DNA of 64,000 nucleotides from Scenedesmus sp. PABB004 (taxonomy: Eukaryota). The position numbers were made by a program, and so were the translations under genes. Every line of letters begins with the position of its first letter. Position 1 is the stretch's first letter. The notes under the pieces are model-generated. The model was not told where the DNA came from, did no database searches, and worked only from the letters and a program-made list of their open reading frames with translations. Shown here one piece after another: positions 23,376-34,812 of the stretch. Where the stretch lies: NCBI GenBank assembly GCA_014905635.1, contig JABVCE010000007.1:682001-746000 (forward strand), given 5' to 3'.

Positions 23376-25444
23376 ATGATGTGGGAGCTGATGGCCAGCA
23401 AGCGCCGCCGCAGCCCCAAGGCGAAGCACTCGTTCGATGAGGAGCGCGGCGGCGTGCAGCGGTGGGCGCCGCCGAGCGCCGCCGCCGCTGGCCGCTGAGC
23501 GCCGCTGGCGCCGCTCGCCGCCGACGCCGCCGACGCCGCCGACGCCGCCGACGCCGCCCGCCGCGCCGCAGGCGCGACGCGGCGCCGCCGCCCGCGGCGG
23601 CGTCGCGCGCGGACGTCGCCGCGCGCTGCCGGCCGCAGCTCGCGTGGTCGGTGGCGGTGATGTTCTTGCTGCTCCCGGCCCTGCAGGCCTACGTCGGCCT
23701 GCCGGACGCGGCCTGGAAGGCGCTGCTGCTCGCGGGCGCGCGCCGCGCCGCGCGCGTGCCGCGCCGCGCGCGCGCCGCGCAGCGCGCGGTCGAGCGCCAC
23801 GCAGCGCGGCGCGGTCGAGCGCCGCGCGCGCGCTCGTCGGCGGCGCTGCGCCCACGCGCGCTGTGCCAACCCCGCGGCGCGCGCGCAGCGGTGGGCGTGA
23901 TCGCGTACCAGGTGGTGGTCTTCCCGCGCTGGGGTGACGAGGCGCCGCTCATGCCGCGCTTCGCCGCGTGCTTTGGGGCGATGATCGCCGAGCTGCTCGC
24001 GGAGAATGTGATGGTCTGGTGCGCGCGGCGCGCGGCGCGGCGCCGCCCGGCCCGGCCGCCGGGCGCCGCGGCGGCGGGCGGGCCCCGCGCGCGGGCTGGG
24101 CTGGCGGCGCATGTGCGCACGTGCGCGTACGCGCGGCCGATGTGCCGCCGCCGCCGGGCGTCGTGTGGTGCGGCCGGGCGCCGCAGGGTCGTGTCGGCGA
24201 CCGACCTGCGCAAGTATGACGACCCGCCGGGGCTGCAGGACAACGGCGAGATCGCGCTGCACTGGCTCGCGGGTGCGCGCGCGCCCACCCGGCGGCGGGG
24301 CGCGCCGCGCTGGCTCGCGGGGCGTGCGCGCGCCGCCCGCATCGCGTTTGTCCACACAATGCGCGCGCCGCGCCGCGTCGCCGCCGCCGCGCGGCAGGCA
24401 AGTCGGGGCTGCTGTCTTGGGTGGTGTACGGCAAGGCGTTCAACATCATGCACTTTCTCGGCGCCGTGCTCGCGCTCGCGTTCAGCGTCGCGTGGGACCA
24501 GGTGACCCCGGCCGCCGCGCCCGCTGCCACCCGCGCGCCGCTCCGCTGCCACCCGCGCACACACGCACACGCACACACACGCACACGCGCGCCGCACACG
24601 CACACACGCACACAAACCCTGCACACGCGCGCGCCGCGCCCCACAGCACCCCTACTCTGGCTTTGGCGTGATGTCGCGCTTCAGCCTGACCATCTGCTGC
24701 AGCCGCCTGCTGCGCACTGCGTGCTTCATGAGCACAGTGCTGCCCAGCCCGCGGCCGGGGTGCTACCGGTGCGGCGCGCGGCGCACGGCGCGCGCCGCCC
24801 GCCCGCACGGCCGGCGCGGCGAGCGCCCCGCGCGGCGCGCTCGGGCCCGGGCCCGAGCCGCGGCCGCCGGGCGCGCGCGCGCACGCGCAGGCGGCGCTTC
24901 CCGCCGCCGCCCGACACGTGGTGGGGCATGCTCGCCGTGGGCGTGCGGCAGCTGCGGGGCTTTGGCGGCTGCAACGACCTCATCTTCAGGTGCGGCGCGC
25001 GCGCACCGTGGCCGCGCGAGCCCACGCTCCGCGCCCCGCGCCCGACCTGCCCCGCGCCCACGCGCTTCCGTGCGCCTCCGCGCGCCGCGCCGCCGCGCGC
25101 CGCCGCCGCCCCGCAGCGGGCACGGCGCGTTCTGGGTGCTCGGCCCGCTGACGTTCCAGACATACTACCCCCACCGGGGCGTCGTGGCGCTGCTGTGGGC
25201 GGCGCTCGCGCAGACGTGCGGCCGCGACGTGGTCGACCGGCAGCACTACACGGTGGACATGCTGCTCGCGGTCGTCGTCACGTGGGCGGTGTGGGACTGG
25301 ACCGCCTGGGTGTACCCGCCCGGCGCGCCGCTGCCGCGCCGGCCCGACGGCGCGCCGCGCGTCGCGCCGAGCGCGGCCGTGCTGGCCGTCGTCGCGCTCG
25401 GGCTGGTGGTCCCGGCGGTCGTGGTGTTCGTGGCCAAGTCGTGA
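23376..25444 (+). CDS. Sphingomyelin synthase/IPC synthase-like (PAP2_C, PLM-like) membrane protein
   Basis: GLQDNG; SRLLRTACFMSTVLPSPRPGCY; GGCNDLIF|SGH and HYTVD catalytic motifs; multiple TM segments. Confidence 0.85.
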
Positions 25445-25602
25445 CGCGCGGCGCGCGGCGCGGCGCGCTGGGCCGGGCGCAGGCGCGCGCCGCGCGCGCG
25501 GCGCCGTGCAACCAACGAACGCGTGCCGGGACGCGGAGCGGCATGGACGGCGTCACAGCGCCCGCCGGCTGGGCGGCCGGTGGCCCCTCTCCAAGCGCGC
25601 GC

Positions 25603-26902
25603 TCACTCGTCTTCGTCCGTCGCGCCGTCGCTGCCGCCGCCCGCACTGCCGCCCCGCCCCGCATCCGCCGCCGCCCTCGCGCCTGGCTGCTCGTGCACGG
25701 CGGCGGCCGGCACGCTCACCAGCGTGCCGGCCAGCTCCTCCAGCGTCGGCGCTCGCCGGCGGCCCAGCAGCCGCAGCCAACCGGCGGCGCGGGGCCGCCG
25801 CGCTCGCAGCTCCACCAGCGACGGAATCACTGCCGCAGACAGCGCGCCGCCGTAGACGCAGCCACTGTCCAAGCCGGTTGCGAATCGCTCTCGCTGCAGG
25901 CCACGCTTCGCATCGTGGCCAAAAAAGACGTGATGCGGCCCTGCGTGGCGGCGGCGGCGGCGGCGGCGGCGGGCGACGCGCGGTCGGGCGCGGCGCCCCG
26001 CGGGTCGCCGCCGCGCGGCGGGGGCGCGCGGGCCCTCGGCCTGGCCGCCGCGCCGGCCGGCACGCCCACCCTGCCAGCGCTGCGCCCAGGCGACGCTGCC
26101 GGCGCGGCCCTTCTCCAGGCCCTCCCAGCTGCCGTCCGGCTGCTGGGACAGGTCGCGCAGCTTCGTCAGGTGCTCCAGGCGCTGCCGCCGCAGCGGCACT
26201 CCGGGCAGCAGCCCCGCGTGCACGACCGCGATGCCGAAGCTGCGGCGGCGGCGGTCGCAGTGGGCGGCGGCGGCGGTCAGCGGCGGTCGGCGGCTGGGCG
26301 CCGCGAGCGCGCGCTGCGGCCGCCGCCGCCGCTGCCGCGCACTCTGGCAGCTCCAGGCTGAACGGCAGCGCGGCGAGGAAGGCGACGTCGTCGTCGCTCA
26401 GCTGGGCCACCCAGCGGTACCTGTCGCGCGTGTCCCCGCCGCCGCCGCGCCGCGCCGCGAGCGCCGCCGCGAGCGCCGCGTCGTCGTGGTTGCCGCGCAC
26501 CGCCCACGCCGCGTCGTTCGACGACGCCCAGCCCCGCACGGCCGCGACGACCCTCGCGCTCGCGGGGCCCTTGTTCACCAGGTCGCCGACGAGGAGAAGG
26601 TTGTCGCTCGCAGCGTCAAAGGCCACCGCGGCGAGCAGCGCGTCCAGCTCGTCGGCGCAGCCGTGCACGTCTCCCACGATGACCACCCGCCCGGGGCGCA
26701 GCTCCGGCGCGCGCAGAACGCGGTGCAGCGCCTGCCGCGGCGGCAGCGGGCAGCCCGCCGGCGACGACGCGGCGGCGGCGCGGGCACGCAGGGCACCGCC
26801 GCGGCGGCCGCTCACGCCGGCGGCGGCGGCGCGCAGCAGTCGCATGAGCAGGTTTGGTGAGCGCGGCGTCGGGTGGGAGCTCATGGGATCCCTCTCGTGC
26901 AT
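25603..26902 (-). CDS. Calcineurin-like metallophosphoesterase (ApaH/Ppn2-like); start uncertain (26902, 26884 or 26846)
   Basis: GDVHG, VGDLVNKGP, VRGNHD, VHAG, FFGHDA and GLDSGCVYGG motifs in the correct order. Confidence 0.9.
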
Positions 26903-27172
26903 GAACAGCCCGCGCGGGTTGTGCGGCGCGCTGGGCCGACCGCGCCGTGAGGAGCAGCGCCGCGACTGCCGTCACCGACGCGTGACGTGCCGCAGGTCCG
27001 CGCGGCAAGGGCCGCAGCGCCAGCTAGCGCACCCCACCAACGTGCCCGCCCGCCCCGCCGCCCTGCGCCCCCCGGCGCCGTCGCCGGCCCAGCCGCCGCA
27101 GCCGCCGCGCGCCGCCGCCGTCGGCGGCCGGGCCGCCTCCGCGCGCCGCTCGCGGGCGCCGCGGCCGGCGCC

Positions 27173-29386
27173 ATGACGTCCTGGGCGTCCATCGCCAAGG
27201 CGCCCGCCGCGGTCGCGGCCGCGCCGGCCGACCTGGGCGCCGATGCCGGGCTGCGCCTGCTCGTCGTGGACGCGAACGCCATCATCTCGGGGCTGCGCCT
27301 GGAGGGCGTGGCGGACCGCGCGGTGACCATCCAGGAGGTGCTGGACGAGGTCCGGGACAAGCAGAGCCGGCAGTGGCTCGCGGCGCTGCCCTACCCCCTC
27401 GTCGTGCGCGAGCCCGCGGAGGAGTCGCTGCGCGCAGGCGAGCACGTGGGAGGGGCGGCAAGGGCCCGGGCCATCGCCGGGGCGCGCCGCGCCGGCGTGG
27501 CGGCGCCGCGGCGCGCCGCTTTAGCCGCCGGCGGCCGCCGCTGCTGCCGCTGCCGCTGCTGCCGCAGCTCACGCCGCCGCCGCCGCTGCCACTGCCGCGG
27601 TCCACCCCTCCCTCAGTGACGCGTTTTGCGCGTGAGACCGGCGACGTCGCGGTGCTGTCGGCGACCGACCTCAAGCTGCTCGCGCTCGCGCACACGCTCG
27701 AGGTCGCGGCGCACGGCGGCGGCCACCTCGCGGCGCACGCGGCGCAGCCGCGCGTGCACAGCAAGGCCATCACCACGGCGGCGGCGCTGCCGGGCTGGGG
27801 CAGCGTGCCCAACCCGGAGGACTGGCGCGAGGTGGACGAGGCCAACGAGGCGGACGAGGCCGCGGCGGAGGCAGCCGGCGCGAGCCGCATCGCGCAGCAC
27901 GTGCAGCAGCTGAGCCTCGACCCGTCGCAGCCGAGCGCCTTCCTGCAGGAGCAGCCGCAGGAGCCGGCGCAGCAGCCGCCGCAGCAGCAGGCGCAGCAGC
28001 CGCCGCCGCAGCCGCAGCCGCAGCAGGCGCAGCATGCGCCCGCGCCGGGCGCGCCGCCGGCGCCGCCCGAGGCGCCGGGCGGCGCCGACGACGACGACGC
28101 CGGCGACGCCGACGACGGCGGCTGGGAGGTTGCCGCAAGCAGCGCCGCGGCTGCGAGGCGCAAGCGGCGCAAGGAGCACAAGCGCGCGGAGAAGCAGCTC
28201 GCGTTTGAGCAGGAGTGGGAGGACCACGCGGCGCTCGTCGCGGAGCAGCGGGCGCAGGCGCAGCCGCAGCAGCAGCAGCCGGGCGGGCCGCCGCACGGCG
28301 GCGCCGGCGCGGCCGGCGAGCCGGCTGGCAGCGGCAGCGGCAGCGGCGACGGCAGCGCGGAGGAGGAGGAGGATGACGAGGGCGAGGAGGAGGGCGAGGA
28401 GGGCGAGGGCGAGGAGGCCACCAACGACGACCTCCTCGCCGAGCCGCACCAGGTGGTCACGGCGGACGAGCTCGGCGGCCCCGCCAGCGCGGCGGACGGC
28501 GCGGCCGACGCCGGCGGCGCGGCCGGCGGCGACGGCGCGGCCGGCGGCGCGCCGGGGTCGCCGGGGTGGCAGTCGAGCGTCGCGAGCGTGACGGCCGACT
28601 TTGCGATGCAGAACGTGCTGCTGCAGATGGGCCTGCGCCTGCTGACCGCGGACGGGCGGCGCGTCGCGCGCCTGAGCCGCTACGCGCTGCGCTGCGGCGC
28701 GTGCTTTGCCGTCACGCGCGAGCCGGGGCGCCTCTTCTGCCCAAAGTGCGGCACCATGGGCCTCGACCGCGTCGAGGTCGTCGTCGGCCCCGGCGGCGCC
28801 GAGTACTTTGGCGTGCGCAAGCGCCACGTGCTGCGCGGGACGCGCTACTCCCTGCCCAAGCCCCGGGTGCGCGGCGCGGCTCAGCGCTCAGAGCCCAGCG
28901 CGGCGGCGGGCTGGCCACTGTGTGCGGCGGGCCTGCGCGCGCCGCCGCCGCCGCGCTCACGCCGCCGCCGCCGGCGCCGCCGCCGCCGCGCAGGGCGGGC
29001 GCAACAGCAGCGACCCGGTGCTGCGTGAGGACGTGTTCCTGCTGAGGGTCAAGGCGCTGGGGCGGCGCGGCCGCAAGGCCAAGGGCCCCGCGGCGGGCGA
29101 GGACGGCGCGGCGCCCGACCCCTTTGCGCCCGAGTTTGGCGCCGACACGTGGCACGTCGCCACGCAGGTGCGCGGCGCGGCGCGGGGCGTGGGGGCGCGG
29201 CGCGCGCGGCGGCCCGCGCGGACGGCGCCCGCCCGCGCCCGCCCGCCCGACGCCGCCACGCGGCCGCCGCCCCGCGCGGCGCAGGCGGAGCTGGCGCAGC
29301 ACCGCGGCCTGGCGGCGGTGCTGCAGCCGGCGTGGAAGAACAATCCCAACGAGCGCAAGCTCACGCGCAGCAACCGCCGCGGCTGA
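27173..29386 (+). CDS. NOB1: 20S pre-rRNA D-site endonuclease NOB1 (PIN domain plus Zn ribbon)
   Basis: LVVDANAII...[48 protein letters not shown]...[21 protein letters not shown]-terminus. Confidence 0.95.
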
Positions 29387-29761
29387 GCGGCGTGTGCGCG
29401 CGCGCGCGCGCGGCTGCTGCGCCCAGGCCGAGGCGGGCGCGGGCGCGGGCGCGGGCGCGGGGCTGGTCTGGCGCAACGGTCACGCGAGCCTCGTCGGCCC
29501 CCTGTCACGCGGTCGAAGTGCAGGCAGGCCGCTGTTCCCCCGCCCAAAACTGCCCGCGCCCGCCGGCGCTGCTGCTGTCGACGCGATCCAGCGTCCCGCC
29601 GGCCCCGCGGCAGCAGCCCGTGCGCGCCGCCGGCCGCCGGCCGCCGGCCGCGCCCGGCTGCCCGCTTTGCAGCGGCCGGCTCGGGCTCCAGTGTCGCCAG
29701 CGCGTGCCGCCGCAGCGGCCGGCGCCTGCCGGCTCCCGCGCCAGCTGCAGCTCGCAGCTGC

Positions 29762-31485
29762 TCACAGGAAGGGCGGGAACATGACCCAGCGCTTCGGGTA
29801 CTTCTCCCGGCCCTCCTTGCCATCAAACAGCTGCGCGCCGGGCGGGCGGCGGAGAGGCGGGCGCGCTCTCGGCGCGCGGCCGCGCGGCGGCGGCGGCGCT
29901 CGGGCGGCCCGGGCCCCCCCGCGCCGCGGCGGCGCGCGCGGCCGCGCGCCTTGACGAGCCGGCGGTGCTTCCCGCGCGCCCACTCGGCCATCTGGAACGC
30001 GCCCGCCGCGGTGAAGAGCCCCGCCGCGGCGGTCTGGGTGCCGATGGTGAACAGGATCCAGCCCCAGATCTCGGCGGTGTAGTTTGCGCAGGTGATGTAG
30101 TTGAAGAGGAAGCCGGCGGGGATCTTGTAGCCGCGCTCGCCCGGCTTGCGCAGGTTGGCCAGGATGATGTGGCACCTGGCGGGGACGGCGCGGGGGCCAG
30201 CAGGCGGCAGGGCCGGCAGGCGGGGTGTGGGCGCGCGGGGCGGGCGTCGGGGCGCGGGGCGTCGGGGCGCAGGCGGCGCAGGTGCGGGCGCGCGGCGCGG
30301 CGGCGCGCGCGCCTGAGGTTGGAGAGCTGGCAGAGCAGCGCGAGGGCGAAGCACACGAGGCTCTGCGCCACCGGCGGCGCGGTGTAGCGGGGGTGGTTGA
30401 CAAAGTACGCCACGTACGCGGCAAAGCCGTAGTAGTAGGAGCAGTTCTTGAACAGGTTGCGGATGGGCATGGTGTCGTGCCCAAAGCTGCGGCGTGGGCG
30501 TGGGCGCGGGCGGGCGCGGGCGCGGGCGTGGGCGGGGCGGGCGCGGGCGTGGGCGTGGGCGTGGGCGGGCGGGCGTGGGCGGGGCGCGGGCGCGGGCGGC
30601 GGGCGCGGCCGGGCGCGGCGGCTGCTCGGCGCCGGCGGCGGCGGGCGTGGGAGGCACGAGCACCGGCTGCTGCTGGGGACACATGAGCGTGTGTGACGCA
30701 CGTGTGGACAAAGTACGTCTCGAAGATGCGCTTGGCGTAGTGGAACACCCAGTACGCGGCCGCGATCTTCTGCACCAGCGCGCGCTCGTGCATCGGCACC
30801 GCACTGCGCGGACGCCCGGGCGGCGGCGGCGGCGGGCCGGGCGGTGAGCGCGCCGCGCTGCGCGGCTGGCGCCTGCAGCCGCTGCTGCCTCCCGCGGGCG
30901 CTCACACGCCGTAGAAGAGCTGCGGCAGCGCGAAGAACAGCGGGTAGATGACCAGGGGGCCGAAGTACTCGAAGAAGAAGACCGTGGAGTAGTCGATCTG
31001 CGTGCAGCAGCCGGCGGTTGAGGCGAGCCGGCGCTGCTGCTGTGCGCGCCGCCGCCGCCGCCGCGCCGCCGCCGCGCCGCGCCGCGCCGCCGCCGCGCCG
31101 CCGCCGCGCCTGGGGCCCCAGGTCCTTGAACTGCACCGACGAGCCGTTGGTCAGGCCGTAGTCGCTGAGCTTGGCGCTGTCCTTGAGCGCCTCGCCCGAC
31201 TTCTGGCCCTCCTTGGGCGGCAGCGTGAGGCGCTGGCGGGCGGGGTAGTACTTCTTTGCCAGCGCGTGGTACTTCTTCTTGAGCTGGGCCACCGTGTCCT
31301 GCGCCGCGCGGGGCCAGCGGGCGCCTGGGCGCGCGCCGGCGGGGGCCAACAGAATGCCCCCATCGCGCCCGCAACCGCCGCCCCCTGTCCGCCGCGCCCG
31401 CCCGCGCCCGCACCTCGCTGTCAACGTCGATGTTGGCCAGCACCTTGCCCGACCGGCTCTCTATTTTTAGGCCGATCACCGGCAT
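29762..31485 (-). CDS. ECR: Very-long-chain enoyl-CoA reductase (TECR/TSC13/CER10)
   Basis: Ubiquitin-like N-terminus; [34 protein letters not shown]...[41 protein letters not shown]. Confidence 0.95.
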
Positions 31486-31935
31486 CCTGCCTCCCGTTTG
31501 CTCGCTCGCCGCGGAGGAGGGGTGGAGAGCGCGGCAGGAATGCCACGCCTGTGACGTGGAGAGCGGGCTGCCGGCGTGGGCGTGGGGCGGGCGTGTGCGG
31601 CGCGGGGGCGGCGGCGGCGCGGCGACAACAGCGGCGGCCGCTGAGCCCCCGCTAACGCCCGCGACCGCGCCAGGCCGTCCCACAGTCGCCCAGCGCAGCG
31701 CAGCGCCACGGTTTGCGGTTGCCGCCTTCCGCCGCTGCCGTCGCTGCCGTCGCCGCCGCCGCCGGTGGCCAGCCGTCCACGCGCCCGAGCAGCAGCCGCA
31801 GCCGCAGCTCGGACCACCGCCGCCTCGCTGGCGTGCACGGCCCGCCGGTGCCTCCGCGCGGGCGGGCACACCGCCGCCGCCGAGCGCTGCGCGGCGCGGC
31901 CTGGCGCCGGCCGGCAGCCAGCCGGGGGCCCGCCG

Positions 31936-34038
31936 ATGCAGGCGCCGCAGGGGCTGGCGCGCCTGCGCCGCGGCCCCCACCGCCAGCAGCTTCCCCGGCA
32001 GCAGCTGCGCCAGCAGCCGCGCGCGCGCGCCCGCTGGCCGCGACGATGCGCGGCTGCGGCGGCCGCGCCCGCCGACCAGCAGCAGCAGCAGCCAGGGGCG
32101 GCGAGCGACGACGCGCGGCTGCCGGTGACCGTGATATCCGGCTTCCTGGGTGCGCGCTGCTGTTGCCGCTCCCGTCGCCCAGCGCTGCCGCGCGCCCCAG
32201 CAGCGCCGCACCCACCGCGCCACGCATCGCCGTGCCGCGCCGCGCAGGCGCGGGCAAGACGACGCTGCTGCGCCACCTGCTGTCCAACACGGGCGGCCAG
32301 CGCGTCGCCGTGCTGGTCAACGACATGGCCGCGCTCAACGTCGACGCGCGGCTGCTGGCCGACGCGGCGGCGACGGGCGCGGCGCGCGTCGTGCAGGCGG
32401 GCGGGCCGCCGGCGCTCGTCGCGCTCTCCAACGGCTGCATCTGCTGCACCATCCGGGAGGACCTCGTCCGCGAAGTGCGCGCGCTCGCGGCGCAGCAGGT
32501 GCGCCGCGCTCCGCCGCTGGGTGGGGCCGCGCGCGCGGGGGCGGCGGGGCCGGGCGGCGCGCATGGGGCGGCACGACCGCCCCGGGGGCAGCGCTTTGGA
32601 CCCGGTGAAAATGACAACACAATGACGGTGACGCAGGCGTTTGACTGCCTCGTCATCGAGAGCACCGGCATCTCGCTGCCCATGCCCGTCGCGGCGACGT
32701 TTGCGGCGGGCGGCGACGGCGATGGCGGCGACAGCGGCGACGACCCCGGCGCCGCCGCGCTCGGCGGCCTCGCCGGCGTCGCGCGGCTCGACACGCTCGT
32801 GACGGTCGTGGACGGGCAGCGCTTCGTGGCCGACGTGCTCGCGGCCGACTTGCTCGCGGAGCGGTCGCTGCAGGCCGACGACGGCGACGAGCGCACCGTG
32901 GCGGACCTGCTGGTCGAGCAGGTGCGCCCGCCGCCGGAGAGGGGGCTTGGGCCGGGCGCGCGGCTAGGGCCGGCGCAGCGCCGCGCCGCGCCCTCCGGCG
33001 ACGCCGCCCCGCCGCCGCCGCCACCGGCGGCCGCAGGTTGAGTTTGCTGACGTGCTGCTGCTGAACAAGACCGACCTTCTCACGCCGCACGAGCAGCAGC
33101 AGCTGCTCGCGCTGCTGCGCAAGCTCAACCCCGGCGCGCGCGTGCTGCTGGCCGAGCGCGGCCGCGTGCCGGCGGCCGAGGTGCTGCGCACGGGTGCGTT
33201 CAGCCTCGAGCGCGCGCAGGCGGCCGCGGGGTGGCTGCAGGAGATCAATGCGTTTGAGGCGCGCCAGCGCGCCGCCGCCGCGGGCGCCGCGGGCGGGGGG
33301 CACGGCGACTGCAGCCACGACCACGGCCACGCCCACGAGGGCAGCCACGCCCACGCCCATGCCGCCCACGACGGCCACGCCCACGACGCTCACGACCCCC
33401 ACGATGGCGAGGCGGCGCGGTTTGGCATCAGCAGCTTTGTCTACTACGCGCAGCGCCCCTTCCACCCCGGCCGCCTGCTCGACCGCGCGCTCTCCGCGAC
33501 CTGGGGCGGCGTGCTGCGCAGCAAGGGCTTCTTCTGGCTCGCGACGCGGCACGACGTGATGGGGCTCTGGCAGTCGGCCGGCGGCGCGTGGCAGGGCGAG
33601 CCGAGGTGAGCGCGCGCCGCGCGCCGCGACGCCGCGACGCCGCGCCTGCAGGCGGCGGCGGGCGGCTGCCAGCGGGCGGGCCGCAACCCACGCCGCCGCC
33701 GCCGCCGGCGCCGGCGCCGGCGCCGCCGCAGCGCGCTCTGGAACGCGGCGGCCGGCGGCGACGCGGCCGCGCCCGAGAGCGCGCCCGGGGGCGCGTGGCA
33801 CCCGGCCTGGGGCGACCGCTGCCAGGAGCTGGTGTGGATTGGCATCGGCATGGACGAGCCGGGCCTGCGCGCGATGCTGGACGGCTGCCTGCTCACCGAC
33901 GACGAGATGGCGCTCGGGCCGGACGGCTGGGCGGCCTTTGACGACCCGCTGCCGCCGTGGGAGCTGGGCGAGGAGGAGCTGGAGGAGGGCGAGGAGCTGG
34001 ACGGGGAGCTAGAGGAGGGCGAGGAGAGCGAAGAGTGA
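31936..34038 (+). CDS. COG0523/CobW-family (G3E) metal-chaperone GTPase, probable organelle transit peptide
   Basis: [18 protein letters not shown] (P-loop), SNGCICCT (CxCC), IESTG, LNKTD, His-rich insert, [32 protein letters not shown]. Confidence 0.93.
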
Positions 34039-34582
34039 AGAGGGCGGCGGCCGGTAGCACGGCGTGGGCCGAGTTACTCCAGGCGCTCGGTCAGCCCGCC
34101 CCGCCACGCGGCGGGCTCGCTGCCGTGCAGCCCGCGAGGCGCGCGCTGCGGCGGCGCCCCCGTCCACACCGGGGGCGGCCGCCGGTCGCGCCGTTGACAG
34201 AATCCCTGCGTCCCCAGCCGTGCGAGCCGCTCGCCCGAACCATGTCCGCCGCACCCGGCCGCGCACGCCGCAGCCGGCAGCGCGCGCGGTCGAGCCATCC
34301 CCCAGCGAGCGGCAGCGATGCCGCCACTCCACGCGTAGTTGCCAGCAGCTGCAAACCCTGAGGAGCATCAATTTGAAGGAGCCCCAGCGGGGCCCACGCT
34401 GCGCGGGAGCCCCGCCTGCGAGCCAGCGGCGGCGGCGACCAAAGCGCGGCACGCGCGCAACAGCAGCCTCGGCTGGCGGCGCGGGGCGGGCGCGTGACAT
34501 GCGCCCTCCCCGCGCCGCAGCAGCGTTCCCCTGAGCGCGCACGCGTGACGTCTCCGTGCGGAGGATCGAGAGGGATCAAAAA

Positions 34583-34584
<2 letters not shown>

Positions 34585-34619
<35 letters not shown>
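34585..34619. repeat. (CAG)n microsatellite in a convergent intergenic/3' UTR region
   Basis: About 11 CAG units. Confidence 0.85.
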
Positions 34620-34620
<1 letters not shown>

Positions 34621-34812
34621 GGGCCCCGCAGTCCCTCAACGCCCGACATGCGCGCGCACACAGGCGGGGCAGGCAGGGGGCACCACACGCCCCGCGCCGG
34701 CGCCCCGCGCCACAAGTGCAGCTGGCGCGCGTACGGCGAGCGCGCAGGCAGGCGCGGCACGCTCCCAGACGCCTCCCCGCCCCTCCCCCCGGGCGCGGCG
34801 CGCGGCGCGCGC

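Noticed and set aside
28957..32223. 1088-aa ORF and other very long Arg/Ala/Pro-rich ORFs (for example 9258-11432, 15089-17470, 37113-39203)
   Set aside because: Stop codons are rare at this GC content. These ORFs are shadows or intron read-through over real spliced genes.
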